Shown: positions 1 to 11,054 of the stretch, piece by piece
How the letters are laid out: each line of letters begins with the position of its first letter
Position numbering within the stretch: the stretch's first letter is position 1
NCBI RefSeq assembly: GCF_963921235.1
Contig: NC_086100.1
Location: 200,634,001-200,698,000, forward strand
DNA length: 64,000 bases
Direction: 5' to 3'
DNA from: Mobula hypostoma
Taxonomy: Eukaryota
Position numbers and translations under genes: made by a program
Notes under the pieces: generated by a model
The model's database searches: none
What the model was told of the DNA's origin: nothing
What the model saw: the letters and a program-made list of their open reading frames with translations, nothing else

Positions 1-392
1 CGGGGCTTACTCAGTTAGTTGCTCAAACAGGAAGAGTCTGTCTGTGACTGTTCCTGCCCAATCCACCAATTAACTAACAATTCCCCTTACAACACAGATA
101 TATTTGTTCAGATACCCCCGACACAAGACAGGCTGGAGTCAAAGTTATCCACTACATGACAGCCCCGAAAGACAAATTACAGAATAGGCAGAATGGACAG
201 AACATACACAAACAGGCTGGAGTGGTCCTATCTCTATGCATCAGTACACAAGGAGATGAGCATCCTGAAACCCTAGCTAGCTACCTTCAAGAAGTAATAT
301 GGCTCAGCGTATCTGTTGATCATCAGCGGTTTCTTTCAGAAAACAGGCTGTTATTGTTTAACGAAGTGTTAACCCTTTTACATACTTTATCA
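1..392 (-). repeat. ERV 3' LTR (R/U5 end cut off by the window start)
   Basis: Minus strand begins TGATAAAG immediately after the PPT. Matches the 13113-13336 copy. Confidence 0.85.
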
Positions 393-404
393 TTCCCACC
401 TTTT
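393..404 (-). promoter_or_regulatory. ERV polypurine tract
   Basis: Minus strand AAAAGGTGGGAA abuts the TG of the LTR. Confidence 0.8.
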
Positions 405-495
405 GATCATAACATGATCAACAAAGCAATAATTTTTTTTTACAGAGAAAGTGACCGAGTACAGCACTGAGTTATCAGTGGATAAAAACAGTGTA

Positions 496-2061
496 CATAG
501 TCATAGTCATACTTTATTGATCCTGGGGGAAATTGGTTTTCATTACAGTTGCACCATAAATAATAAATAGTAATAGAACCATAAATAGTTAAATAGTATG
601 TAAATTATGCCAGTAAATTATGAAATAAGTCCAGGACCAGCCTATTGGCTCAGGGTGTCTGACCCTCCAAGGGAGGAGTTGTAAAGTTTGATGGCCACAG
701 GCAGGAATGACTTCCTATGACGCTCTGTGCTGCATCTCAGTGGAATGAGTCTCTGGCTGAATGTACTCCTGTGCCCACACAGTACATTATGTAGTGGATG
801 GGAGACATTGACCAAGATGGCATGCAACTTAGACAGCATCCTCTTTTCAGACACCACCGTGAGAGAGTCCAGTTCCATCCCCACAACATCACTGGCCTTA
901 CGGATGAGTTTGTTGATTCTGTTGGTGTCTGCTACCCTCAGCCTGCTGCCCCAGCACAGAACAGCAAACATGATAGCACTGGCCACCACAGACTCGTAGA
1001 ACATCCTCAGCATCGTCCGGCAGATGTTAAAGGACCTCAGTCTCCTCAGGAAATAGAGACGGCTCTGACCCTGTAGACAGGCTCAGTGTTCTTTGACCAG
1101 TCCAGTTTATTGTCAATTCGTATCCCCAGGTATTTGTAAGCCTCCACCATGTCCACGCTGACCCCCTGGATGGAAACAGGGGTCAGCGGTACCTTAGCTC
1201 TCCTCAGGTCTACCACCAGCTCCTTAGTCTTTTTCACATTAAGCTGCAGATAATTCTTCTCACACCATGTGACAAAGTTTCCTACAGTAGCCCTGTATTC
1301 AACCTCATCTCCCTTGCTGATGCATCCAACTATGGCAGAGTCATCCGAAAACTTCTGAAGATGACAAGACTCTGTGCAGTAGTTGAAGTCCAGGTGTAAA
1401 TGGTGAAGAGAAAGGGAGACAAGACAGTCCCCTGTGGAGCCCCAGTACTGCTGATCACTCTGTTGGACACACAGTGTTGCAAGCACACGTACTGTGGTCT
1501 GCCAGTCAGGTAGTCAAGAATCCATGATACCAAGGAAGCATCCACCTGCATCGCTGTCAGCTTCTCCCCCAGCAGAGCAGGGCGAATGGTGTTGAACGCA
1601 CTGGAGAAGTCAAAAAACATGACCCTCACAGTGCTCACTGGCTTGTCCAGGTGGGCGTAGACATGGTTCAGCAGGTAGGCGATGGCATCCTCAACTCCTA
1701 GTTGGGGCTGGTAGGTGAACTGGAGGGGATCTAAGTGTGGCCTGACCATAGGCCAGAGCAGCTCCAGAACAAGTCTCTCCAGGGTCTTCATGATGTGGGA
1801 GGTCAATGCCACCGGTCTGTAGTCATTGAGGCCGCTGGGGCGCGACGTCTTTGGCACAGGGATGAGGCAGGACGTCTTCCACAGTACAGGAGCCCTCCGG
1901 AGCCTCAGGCTCAGGTTGAAGACATGGCGAAGTACTCCACATAGCTGAGGGGCACAGGCTTTGAGCACCCTGGTACTGACACCACCCGGTCCTGCAGCCT
2001 TGCTTGGGTTGAGACGTTTCAGCTGTCTTCTCACTTGTTCAGCTGTGAAGCCCACCGTGGG
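496..2061 (-). mobile_element. 5'-truncated Rex1/Babar-like LINE inserted in the ERV env tail
   Basis: RT fragments KAAGPGGVS..NDYRPVALTSHIMKTLERL, FDFSSAFNTI, TGAPQGTVLSP, KFSDD; C-terminal FYESVVASAIMFAVLCWG; AATAAA followed by a (GACTAT)n tail. Confidence 0.9.
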
Positions 2062-3292
2062 TTGTTACAACAGTAATTATAACAATGATAAGTTCAACTG
2101 TTAGGCTATTATGGAATATTATGCCCATGTTTTACTGAACAGGCCTTCGAACGACCACCATTTAGACCACTCGGTAAGCCTGTGTAAACCCTGCCCTACT
2201 TTCTTAATGTTGTCGATCTCCTTGGCAATGTGCTCAGAGGGGGATGTAAATGTTAGTAGACTCATCAGGGATATAGGTGCATCATTCTGTGCAATGATAG
2301 CACAGGTTCCCCCTTTCTTGGCTGGGATAAAATCTAAAGCCATTTGATTCTGTAGGGCTGTTTTGTCGGATGGCTAACATTTCCGTGATCCCCTCAGCCG
2401 CCTGAGTCTGGGTGCCTAACAGAGCGCTGGCTGTTTCATTTGCCAATTCCTGCAGGTCAGCTACCAACTTAATGATTTCTCAGGAGTTCCTAGTCTCTCT
2501 GATTCCGTGATTCCCTGTTTCCGCTTCTGCCAGTGGGGGTGGTCCTGCAGCTCGGGCACTACCCTTAGGTTGGGGACTAGGTAAGCTAGATAACAGCAGC
2601 TGCTCCATTTCTTCTGGGGCGGCTGCAGGTCCCACCCATAGGTTGCCTCCCTGGGTAGCCACAAGTAGGCTTTATCACCACTAACCCAATAAGGCCTGAG
2701 GGAAGGGCCCACTATTAACATTATAATTATAGATGCCGCAAGTGCTGTTTCTCAGGAAAAGTTTCCCTTGGCAATTACAGTAACAAGTTGTATTCGTTAC
2801 CCGGGCACGGGGTACATGTAGGTGTTGCCAAGAGGCTGCAGGGGAGGAGGACATATTCAACGGTGACCAAGGTACCACCCTTCAAATCACTAACATCTGC
2901 AATTGCTCAGGGTCCCCTTGCAGTTCTGGACTTCACTAACCCAGGTGTTATTAGGGAATCCCCAAGCCGAGTGTTCCTCACTGGAATTAAGGGGGATCAC
3001 TGACAACTGTACCATAGTCTTTCCATGTGGGGGTACTTGCACACATAGCCAACATACCCCTGCTTCTTAGTGTTTGGCATAGTTGTAGCAAAGGGACAGG
3101 GAAGTGTTATGGGAGACAGTAGGGCATGTTTTGGCCAAGGCACTTGGGGAACTGTGTGGGCCTTGGGGAAAAGACAGTTCTAACCTGAGGGGAGCTGCCA
3201 CGTCTTCGGTGGCCACTGTTCCCGCCCTTATGTATGACTCTAGTTGACTAGAAGCCCGCAAAAAGAAGGCAAAAGACAATGGCCCAGTACAT
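2062..3292 (-). pseudogene. env: ERV env (SU-TM), gamma-type, frameshifted; its tail continues at about 405-495
   Basis: Signal-like MYWAIVFCLLFAG; CWLC at ~3041-3055; furin-like KRKQ|GITES; immunosuppressive domain LQNQMALDFIPAKKGGTCAII; Trp-rich pre-TM region WSKWWSF. Confidence 0.88.
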
Positions 3293-3304
3293 GGTGAAGT
3301 CCGT

Positions 3305-3949
3305 AAATTCTTTTACAGTCAATACCATGTATCCTTCGCAGTTGTCCTTCCAACTTGACTGCCGTGGGCGTGATGAGCAGTACTTAAAATGGTCCCTTCC
3401 TCCATTGTTCTAATTTGCCACCGCACCAGTTCTTAATTAGTACATAGTCCTCAGGTTTGATGTTAGGGTAGTCACCTTCTCTTGTCGTATCGTCTTTGTC
3501 CTCGTATGCCTGATGCACCTGTGAATGTAAGGCTCGGAGAATCTTAGTTAGGTAGCCCGTTTATATCAAGAATGGGAGGTCCCACAGAACCCCATGGAGT
3601 CCTTAGGGGCTTTCCAAAGATGATTTCAGTTGGTGACAATCCCGTTTTTTTTTCTCGGGGGGTGGCCCTCATATGGAATAATGCTAAGGGCAATACCTTT
3701 AATCAATTAAGCCCCCTTTCCTCCGTAAGTTTTGCCAATTTAGTTTTTAATGTACCATTTGCCCGTTCCACTATACCTGCAGTCTGGGGATGGTGAGAGC
3801 GATGGAATTGTTGTTTGATGGATAAGGCATTGCAGATTTCTTTAACTTTGCTACAAAGTGGGGACCATTATCTGAACTCAACATTGCTGGTAGCCCATAC
3901 TGAGGGATTACTTCTCGCAACAGTATTTTAGCTGCTGTCAGGGCTTATT
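3305..3949 (-). pseudogene. pol: ERV integrase core and C-terminus
   Basis: SSDNGPHF, HHPQTAGIVERANGTLK, LSPTEIIFG, KGPF..LLITPTAVK. The upstream VIIDVFSRWIEAIP piece lies at 4526-4579. Confidence 0.88.
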
Positions 3950-4525
3950 AGGAGCTTAAAGAGATTTGGCATGTCAATAAATAGACTCATAGTTGTACCA
4001 TGGAGAGCATTCTGACAGGCTGCATCATTGTCTGGTATGGAGGGGCTACTGCACAGGACTGAAAGAAGCTGCAGAAGGTTGTAAATCTGCTCAATTCCAT
4101 CTTGGGCACTAACCTACAAAGTACCCAGGACATCTTTAGGGAGTGGTGTCTCAGAAAGGCAGCAACCATTATTAAAGACCTCCAGCGCCCAGGGCATGCC
4201 CTTTTCTCACTGTTACCATCAGGTAGGAGGTACAGACGCCTGAAGGCACACAATCAGTGATTCAGGAACAGCTTCTTCCCCTCTGCCATCCGATTCCTAA
4301 ATGGACATTGAATCTTTGGACACTACCTCTCTTTTTTAATATACAGTATCTGTTTTTGCATTGTTTTAAATCTATTCAATATATGTAATTGATTTACTTG
4401 TTTATTTATTATTATTTTATTTATTATTATTTTCTCTCTCTGCTAGATTATGTATTGCATTGAACTGCTGCTGCTAAGTTAAGAAATTTCACGTCACATG
4501 CCAGTGATAATAAACCTGATTTTGA
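3950..4525 (+). mobile_element. 3' fragment of a Rex/Babar-like LINE inserted in the ERV integrase
   Basis: CTMESILTGCIIVWYG-type C-terminus, AATAAA, TGATT tail, TTATT duplicated at 3945-3949 and 4526-4530. Confidence 0.82.
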
Positions 4526-4579
4526 TTATTCGTGGCAGGGATTGCCTCAATCCATCTGCTAAACACATCTATGATCACT

Positions 4580-4984
4580 TGTCACGGTTCCAATCATTAA
4601 TTCCCTATCTTGCTCCTAATTTCCTCTGATTGTGCCACAGTTCTAACCGTTAATTTCCCAATTGCTTCTAATTCTCTCTGATGACGGCACACCTGGTTTC
4701 CATCCAGACCTGTAGCATAAGAACCCCAGCGTTACAACCACTAGTCGCCAGATTGTTGGTTTTGCCTGTGTGGTGATTAACGTTTCCCGGCCGCTTAGGA
4801 CCGTGTATTCTAAGTTTTGCTCCAGTTTCAGGGTTTGCCTATGAAACCCCGCATCTCTATGTCAAGGCTCCGTGTCAAGGTCCCTCCTGTTTGCTGTAGA
4901 ACGTTCAGGTCTGCGTAAGCATCCTACCTTAATCTCCGTGCCTGTGTCCTGCACTTGGGTTCGCCTCAGTCACACATTGCAACA
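4580..4984 (+). repeat. Chromovirus 5' LTR
   Basis: TGTCAC...GCAACA, direct repeat of 9313-9716. Confidence 0.95.
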
Positions 4985-4985
4985 G

Positions 4986-4996
4986 AACAATCTGGC
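4986..4996 (+). promoter_or_regulatory. Self-priming PBS (Tf1/sushi type)
   Basis: AACAATCTGGC is the exact reverse complement of GCCAGATTGTT at 4747-4757 in the LTR. Confidence 0.8.
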
Positions 4997-5000
4997 CACT

Positions 5001-6010
5001 ATGAACCCAGCGGACACGAAGACCCTGCAACAAGCCCTCGCCAGCCAGGGCTCCCTACTGTGTCAGCACGATCAGCTTCTCTGGGATGTCATGGAGAACC
5101 TCTGTTCCCTGCCTGCTAACGTAACGAAGATCGGTGCCCAGGTGGACCATGTATCCACTCAATTTACCCCGTCCACTCCAGGTACTCTGTCTAACCAGCC
5201 CAGACAGCCTGTAGTGGCAGCTATGTGTCAGCAACACCCTCACCAAGAGAGCCGCACATACCTGAACCAGAGCACTACGCTGGAGATTTGGGGAAGTGCC
5301 AGGCCTTCCTTCTTCAGTGCTCCTTGGTGTTTGAACAGCAGTCATCCACGTACTCCACAGATATGTCGAAGGTAGCTTATATCATGGGGTTGTTGTGAGG
5401 AAGTGCCTTAGCGGGGACTATTACAGCTGTTTGGGAGAATCAACCGGATATCTGCTCTTTCCCCATCTATATCACGGACCCCATCCATGGTAAAGGTGTT
5501 GCTAAGCATTTACTCACTCTCCATCAGGGCTCTCGCAGTGTTGCCGAGTATTCCATGGAGTTCCGGACGTTAGCGGCCGACTTGGGGTGGAATGACGAGG
5601 CACTCCAAGGGATATTCCGGAATAGTCTCAGCAACATGGTGAAAGATGAGTTGGTGGCAGGGGATGACACCAACAGCCCGGATTCCTTGATCTCCCTAGC
5701 CACCAGGTTGGACAATCGTCTTCGAGAACGCCATAGGGAAAGAACTGGTCGTCCTCCACCTTTGGCCATTCCACCGCACTCATTACCGTCTCCCACCAGC
5801 ACAAGCCTCTCTTTTCCTGTTCCTAGAGTAGCTCCCAGCCCGGCCGTTTCCACCACCCCGGGAGAGGAACCCATGCAGCTGGGATGGAACCATCTTTCTC
5901 TCACAGAGCGACTCCAGAGATTGAGAGCGGGTGAGTGTCTCTATGGCGGCTAATCTGTCCACTTCTGTGCTACCTGTCCCCTTCGGCCAAAAAGGGAGGG
6001 CTCACCAGTA
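5001..6010 (+). pseudogene. gag: Chromovirus gag (frameshifted)
   Basis: MNPADTKTLQQAL; QGSRSVAEYSMEFRTLAADLGWND; EEPMQLG; degenerate knuckle CLYGG..H...C. Confidence 0.88.
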
Positions 6011-6025
6011 GCAAGGGGGACCCTG

Positions 6026-9000
6026 GTGAGCCAGACAACATCTCCTTCCGTTCCCCGAACCCGGATGCATATCCAAGCTACTTTACGTTACGACCAACAG
6101 TCCCTGCCTCTTTCAGCTGTCGTGGACTCTGGTGCTGAGGGAAACCTGTTGGATGAAAACATAGCTTCCTGGGCTGGAATTCCTCGAGAGCCGTTGAGTA
6201 CCCTCTGGAAGCCTGGGCACTGGACGGTAGACTTCTGGCCCGAGTCACTCACTGCATACCACTCCTGCCTCTTATTCTCTCTGGGAACAATTGGGAACAG
6301 GTACAATTTAACCTAATTTCCTTTCCTCAAGCTCCTATAGTTCTTGGGTACCCCTGGATAAGCCGCCATAATCCCCACATTGACTCGTCTACCGGGAAGA
6401 TAGACAGCTGGAGTCTGTTCTGTCACTCCACTTGTCTACAATTGACCCTTTCCCCAGTGATGGTCACCACGACCTCGTCTGCTGCTGAAACCCCCGACTT
6501 ATCCAAGCTTCTAGCTGAGTATCACCACCTGGGACAAGTGGTTAGTAAACAACGGGCCTTACCCTGCCTCCACACCGACCTTACGATTGTGCAATTGACC
6601 TTCTACCGGAGCCCCTCTACCCACCAGTCGGCTGTATAACCTGTCCCATCCAGAAAGGGAAGCAATGGAGGCTTACCTAAATGACTCTCTCGCGGCGGGC
6701 ATTATCTGACCCTCATCCTCCTGTAGGTGCAGGTTTCTTCTTTGTTGGGAAGAAAGGCGGTTCACTGCGCCCCTGCATTGATTACCAGAGCCTAAATAAC
6801 ATCACCATAAAGAACAAGTATCCACTGCCCCTTATCAATTCTGCTTTCGAACCACTTCACGGAGCCACCATCGTCTCCAAGTTGGACCTACGAAGTGCCT
6901 ACCACCTGGTCAGGATAAGGGAGGGAGATGAATGGAAAACAGCATTCAACACCTCTCTTGGTCACTTCGAATACCTGGTCATGCCATTCGGGCTCACCAA
7001 TGCCCCCAGTGTCTTCCAAGCCCTGATAAACGATGTCCTTAAGACTTTATTAACTGTTTGGTTTTTGTTTATTTGGACGACATCTTCATCTTATCCAGCT
7101 GTCTACAGGAACACATCCACCATGTCCGTAAGGTTCTGCAAGGCTTTGGGAGAACAAACTATTCATTAAAGCTAAGAAGTGCGAGTTTCAAGTCCCCTCT
7201 GTCGGGTCCTTAAGGTACATCATCAAGAGCGGGCAAGTGAGGGCGGATCCGGAAAAGATCCGGGCGGTGCCAGAGTGGCCAAAACTCACGACACTCAAGC
7301 ACCTCCAGCGATTTCTGGGATTTGCAAACTTCTATCGTCGCTTCATTAGGGATTACAGCCGGGTGGCAGCGCTCCTTACTCGACTCACCTTGCCAATGAC
7401 CCCTTTTCACTGGGACCCCGAAGTGAACCCTGCCTTCTCGGAGATGAAGAGGTGTGTCACCTCCGTGCCCACCCTGGTCAGACCAGACCCTTCTCACCAA
7501 TTCATTGTGGAGGTCAATGCTTCTGACTCTGGGGTGGGAGCAGTCCTCTCCCAATTTTCCAGCCCTGACCAGAAACTTCATCTCTTCTTGCTGGCTGTCC
7601 CCCACCGAATGAAATTACGATGTAGGGAACCAGGAGTTACTGGTGGTCAAACTTGCTTTGGAGGAGTGGAGGCACTGGCTGGAGGGAGCGGGACAGATCA
7701 CAAGAACCTCGCATACATCCAAACCGCCAAACGCTTGAATTCCCGCCAAGCCTGTTGGGCATTATGTTTTGGCCGTTTTAGATTCACACTCACCTATTGT
7801 CTGGGGTCCAAGAACAGGAAGCCCAATGCTCTCTCCCGTCAATATGTGTCCGAGGAGGGCCTTCCCAACCCCAAGACCATCCTTCCACCATCCTGTGTAG
7901 TGGCTGCCCTCACCTGGGAGATCAAATCCATAGTCAAAGCGGCCCAACGGACTCAACCTGACCCAGGCAATGGAACCCCCCCCCCTACCCAGTCGCCTCT
8001 TTGTACCTGACTCTGTTTGGTCTCAGGTTCTCCAATGGGGGCACACTTCTCGTTTCACCTGCCATCCCAGAATCGATCGAACTCTTGTCCCTTCTGAAGA
8101 GACATTTCTGGTAGCCCACCATGGAGGCTGACATCTGTTCCTTCGTCTCTGCCTGTTCTGCTTGTGCCCGCGGAAAAGCCTCCCACCAACCACCTGCTGG
8201 ACAGCTTCGTCCCCTACCTGTCTCTAGCCACCCTTGGTCTCACATTGCGCTGGATTTCGTTACGGGACCACCCCCTTCATATGGGAACACAGCCGTACGC
8301 ACTGTGGTGGACTGCTTCTCCAAAGCTGTGCACTTCGTAGCCCTTCCTAAACTCCCTGCAGCCCGTGAGACAGCCGACCTCCTTGTTCATCACGTCTTCT
8401 GCCTCCGTGGAATTCCCTCTGACATCATTTCTGACTGGGGTCCCCAATTCATCTCTCAAGTATGGAGATCCTTTTGTCAAGTCCTTGACCCTCAGTAACC
8501 CTGTCTTCCAGCTTCCATCCACAGACTAACGGTCAAACAGAACGAGCAAACCGGGATTTGGAAGCAGCACTGCACTGCATAACCGCCAACAATCCGTCAT
8601 CGTGGAGCACCCATCTCGTTTGGGTCCAGTACACCCACAACTCCCTAGTCAGCATCGCCACCAGAATGTCTCCCTTCGAATGCTCCCTCGGTTACCAACC
8701 CCCTCTGTTTCCCCCACATGAAGGTGACATTTCTGTGCCTACTGTTCAGGCCCATCTCCACCGGTGCCACAAGATCTGGAAGGATGCACACGTGGCCCTG
8801 CTCCATTCAGCCGACCACAACTGGAGGATTGCCGATCACCATTGGATTCCTGCACCTGATTATCCGTCTGGGCAGAAAATTTGGCTCTTGTCAAAAGACA
8901 TCCACCTCAAGAATGAACCCAAGAAACTCGCCCCTCGCTACCTGGGACCATTCAAGATTGAGGGTGTCACCCAGATCAAACTGCCCAGATCCATGCACGT

Positions 9001-9290
9001 TCATCCCACGTTCCAGGTCTCCCAATTGAAACCTGTATCTGTCAGCCCTTTGTGCCCTCCTGGCGAACCCCCTCCACCCACCTGGATCATTGACGACCAC
9101 CGTCCGGCGAATACTGGATGTGCGCTGCTAAGGCAGAGGCCTCCAGTACCTGGTCGATTGGGAGGGATACGGCCCAGAGGAACGCTCCTGGATTCTCCGT
9201 TCCTTCATCCTGGACTCTTCCCTCATCCATGATTTCCATCGAGACAATCTGGACAAGCCTGGTGGTTCACCCGGAGACTCCCGTGGCGGG
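6026..9290 (+). pseudogene. pol: Chromovirus pol (PR-RT-RH-IN-chromodomain), multiple frameshifts and stops
   Basis: [106 protein letters not shown]. Confidence 0.93.
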
Positions 9291-9312
9291 GGGGGGGGTG
9301 GTTTGGGGGTAC

Positions 9313-9716
9313 TATCACGGTCGCAATCATTAATTCCCTATCTTGCTCCTAATTTCCTTTGATTGTGCCATGGTTCTGATCGTTAATTTCCCATTTGCTT
9401 CTAATTCTCTCTGATGACAGCACACCTGGTTTCCATCGAGACCTGTAGCATAAGAACCCGCCATTACACCCACTAGTTGCCAGATCGTTGGTTTTGCCTG
9501 TGTGGTGATTAACGTTTGCCGGCTGCTTAGTACTGTGTGTTCTAAATTTTGCTCCAGTTTCAGGGTTTAGCTATGAAACCCCGCACCTCCATGCCAAGGC
9601 TCTGTGTCAAGGTCCCTCCTGTTTGCTGTGGAACATTCAGGTCCGCCTAAGCATCCACCCTTAATCTCCGTGCCTGTGTCCTGCACTTGGGTTCGCCTCA
9701 GTTGCTCATTGCAACA
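9313..9716 (+). repeat. Chromovirus 3' LTR
   Basis: Direct repeat of 4580-4984 (TA in place of the terminal TG); ends GCAACA. Confidence 0.95.
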
Positions 9717-10905
9717 TCACTAAGCAATATTTGTAACAATGCACACTCCAGGTAGTTTAATAGAATCAATTTGTAAATATGCAAAGGGGACTCCAGGTAA
9801 GGGAGTGGGGCCCGACACACAGGGTGTCCCCTTTCCCGTATTATTCTTACAGCATATTAAACATGCTTTTGTTGCCGCTTGCTGCAATTTCGGATGCCAC
9901 TATGTTTGCAGCAAACTGTTTACCATCCCCGTCTTTCTGAGGTGAGTACAAGTATGAATATAATCAAGGAGGATTGGTAGAAATTGAGTAGGGACACAGA
10001 CCTGTCCCACAGGGGTGTACCAGAGGCCCGTCACGGGTCCCACCTTACAGCCCATCTGTGACCATAGTCTGCGTTCCTCCTCAGGGGCGTCCCCCTGAAA
10101 TGTACGTACGACTTGCGTGTCTCGCATACCCGTGCAGGTGGGGCCCCGAAGGGACTATAATTTTGAGCGTCTGGCGGCTTTGGCAGCATCATCAGCCATG
10201 GCATTACCGGTGGAGACTTTATCAGTCTGGTGGACATGAGCGGAGCATTTGATAATGGCCAATGTTTTTGGAAGCTGCAAGGCAGTGAGGAGAGCCTGTA
10301 CAAACGTAGCACTGCTAACAGGATGTCCTGAGGAGATGAGGAAACCCCGGCATTCCCAAAGCGCTCCGTAATCATGAGCTACCCTGCAGGCGTATCGAGA
10401 ATCACCGTAGATGTTTGCACGTTCGTTGGCGGCAAGGATGCAGGCACGAGTGAGGGCAAATAACTCAGCTTTTTGTGCCGACACGGCTGGTTGAAAGGCT
10501 GCCTGCTCGAGCACCATGTCGTCTGTGACCACAGCATAGCCAGAACATCTCTGGCCTTGAGGGCCCATGAAAGAACTACCATCGACGTACAAGGTTCTGT
10601 CGGGGTCCTGTAGGGGTTGTCCGTGAGGTCCTCGTGGGCTGTAGTCAGGAGTTGATTTTGCAGCACGCAATCGTGTTCTGAATTGTTTGTAACCTGGAGT
10701 GGCGATGTTGGGAAAGTGGCCGGGTTTAAAGTGGAGCAGTGAGAAAATGTCAGCAGCGGGTTGCTCAGGAAGGCTGTCTCATTGCGATTCTGTCATGCCT
10801 GAGTGAGGAGCTGTGTCTGTCGAGAGGTGAAAAGCTCCACCACCGAGTGGGAAGAGAGCATACTGACAGGCTGATGTAGGGTAATATTGGAAGCCGCAGT
10901 TACCA
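9717..10905 (-). pseudogene. pol: ERV pol remnant: tether, RNase H and integrase N-terminal zinc domain
   Basis: TFSHCSTLNPATF (tether); LYVDGSSF, SAQKAELFALTRAC, NIYGDSRYA, IIKCSAH, GNAMADDAAK (RNase H); IHTCTHL..CLICCKNN (HHCC). Confidence 0.92.
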
Positions 10906-11054
10906 GGATATATACTGCCTTCCCTGAAACTCCACCCCTAGGAATCGTGTCCGTTGGTACGCTCGTTCAGACCTCTCGGACCCCAAGAGGGCAATGGTGG
11001 ATTATGCTGGGTTCCTCTTGCGGGTCGCTACTTACAACGGGCAACATTTTCGAG

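Larger units (their letters stand above)
4580..9716 (+). mobile_element. Full-length Ty3/Gypsy sushi-type chromovirus (degenerate)
   Basis: LTRs 4580-4984 and 9313-9716; TSD TCACT (4575-4579 and 9717-9721); gag, PR (VDSGA), RT, RH, IN and chromodomain; G-rich PPT. Confidence 0.96.

Noticed and set aside
10155..10670. Cellular RNase H1 gene
   Set aside because: It is flanked by a retroviral tether and integrase, and the motifs are retroviral.
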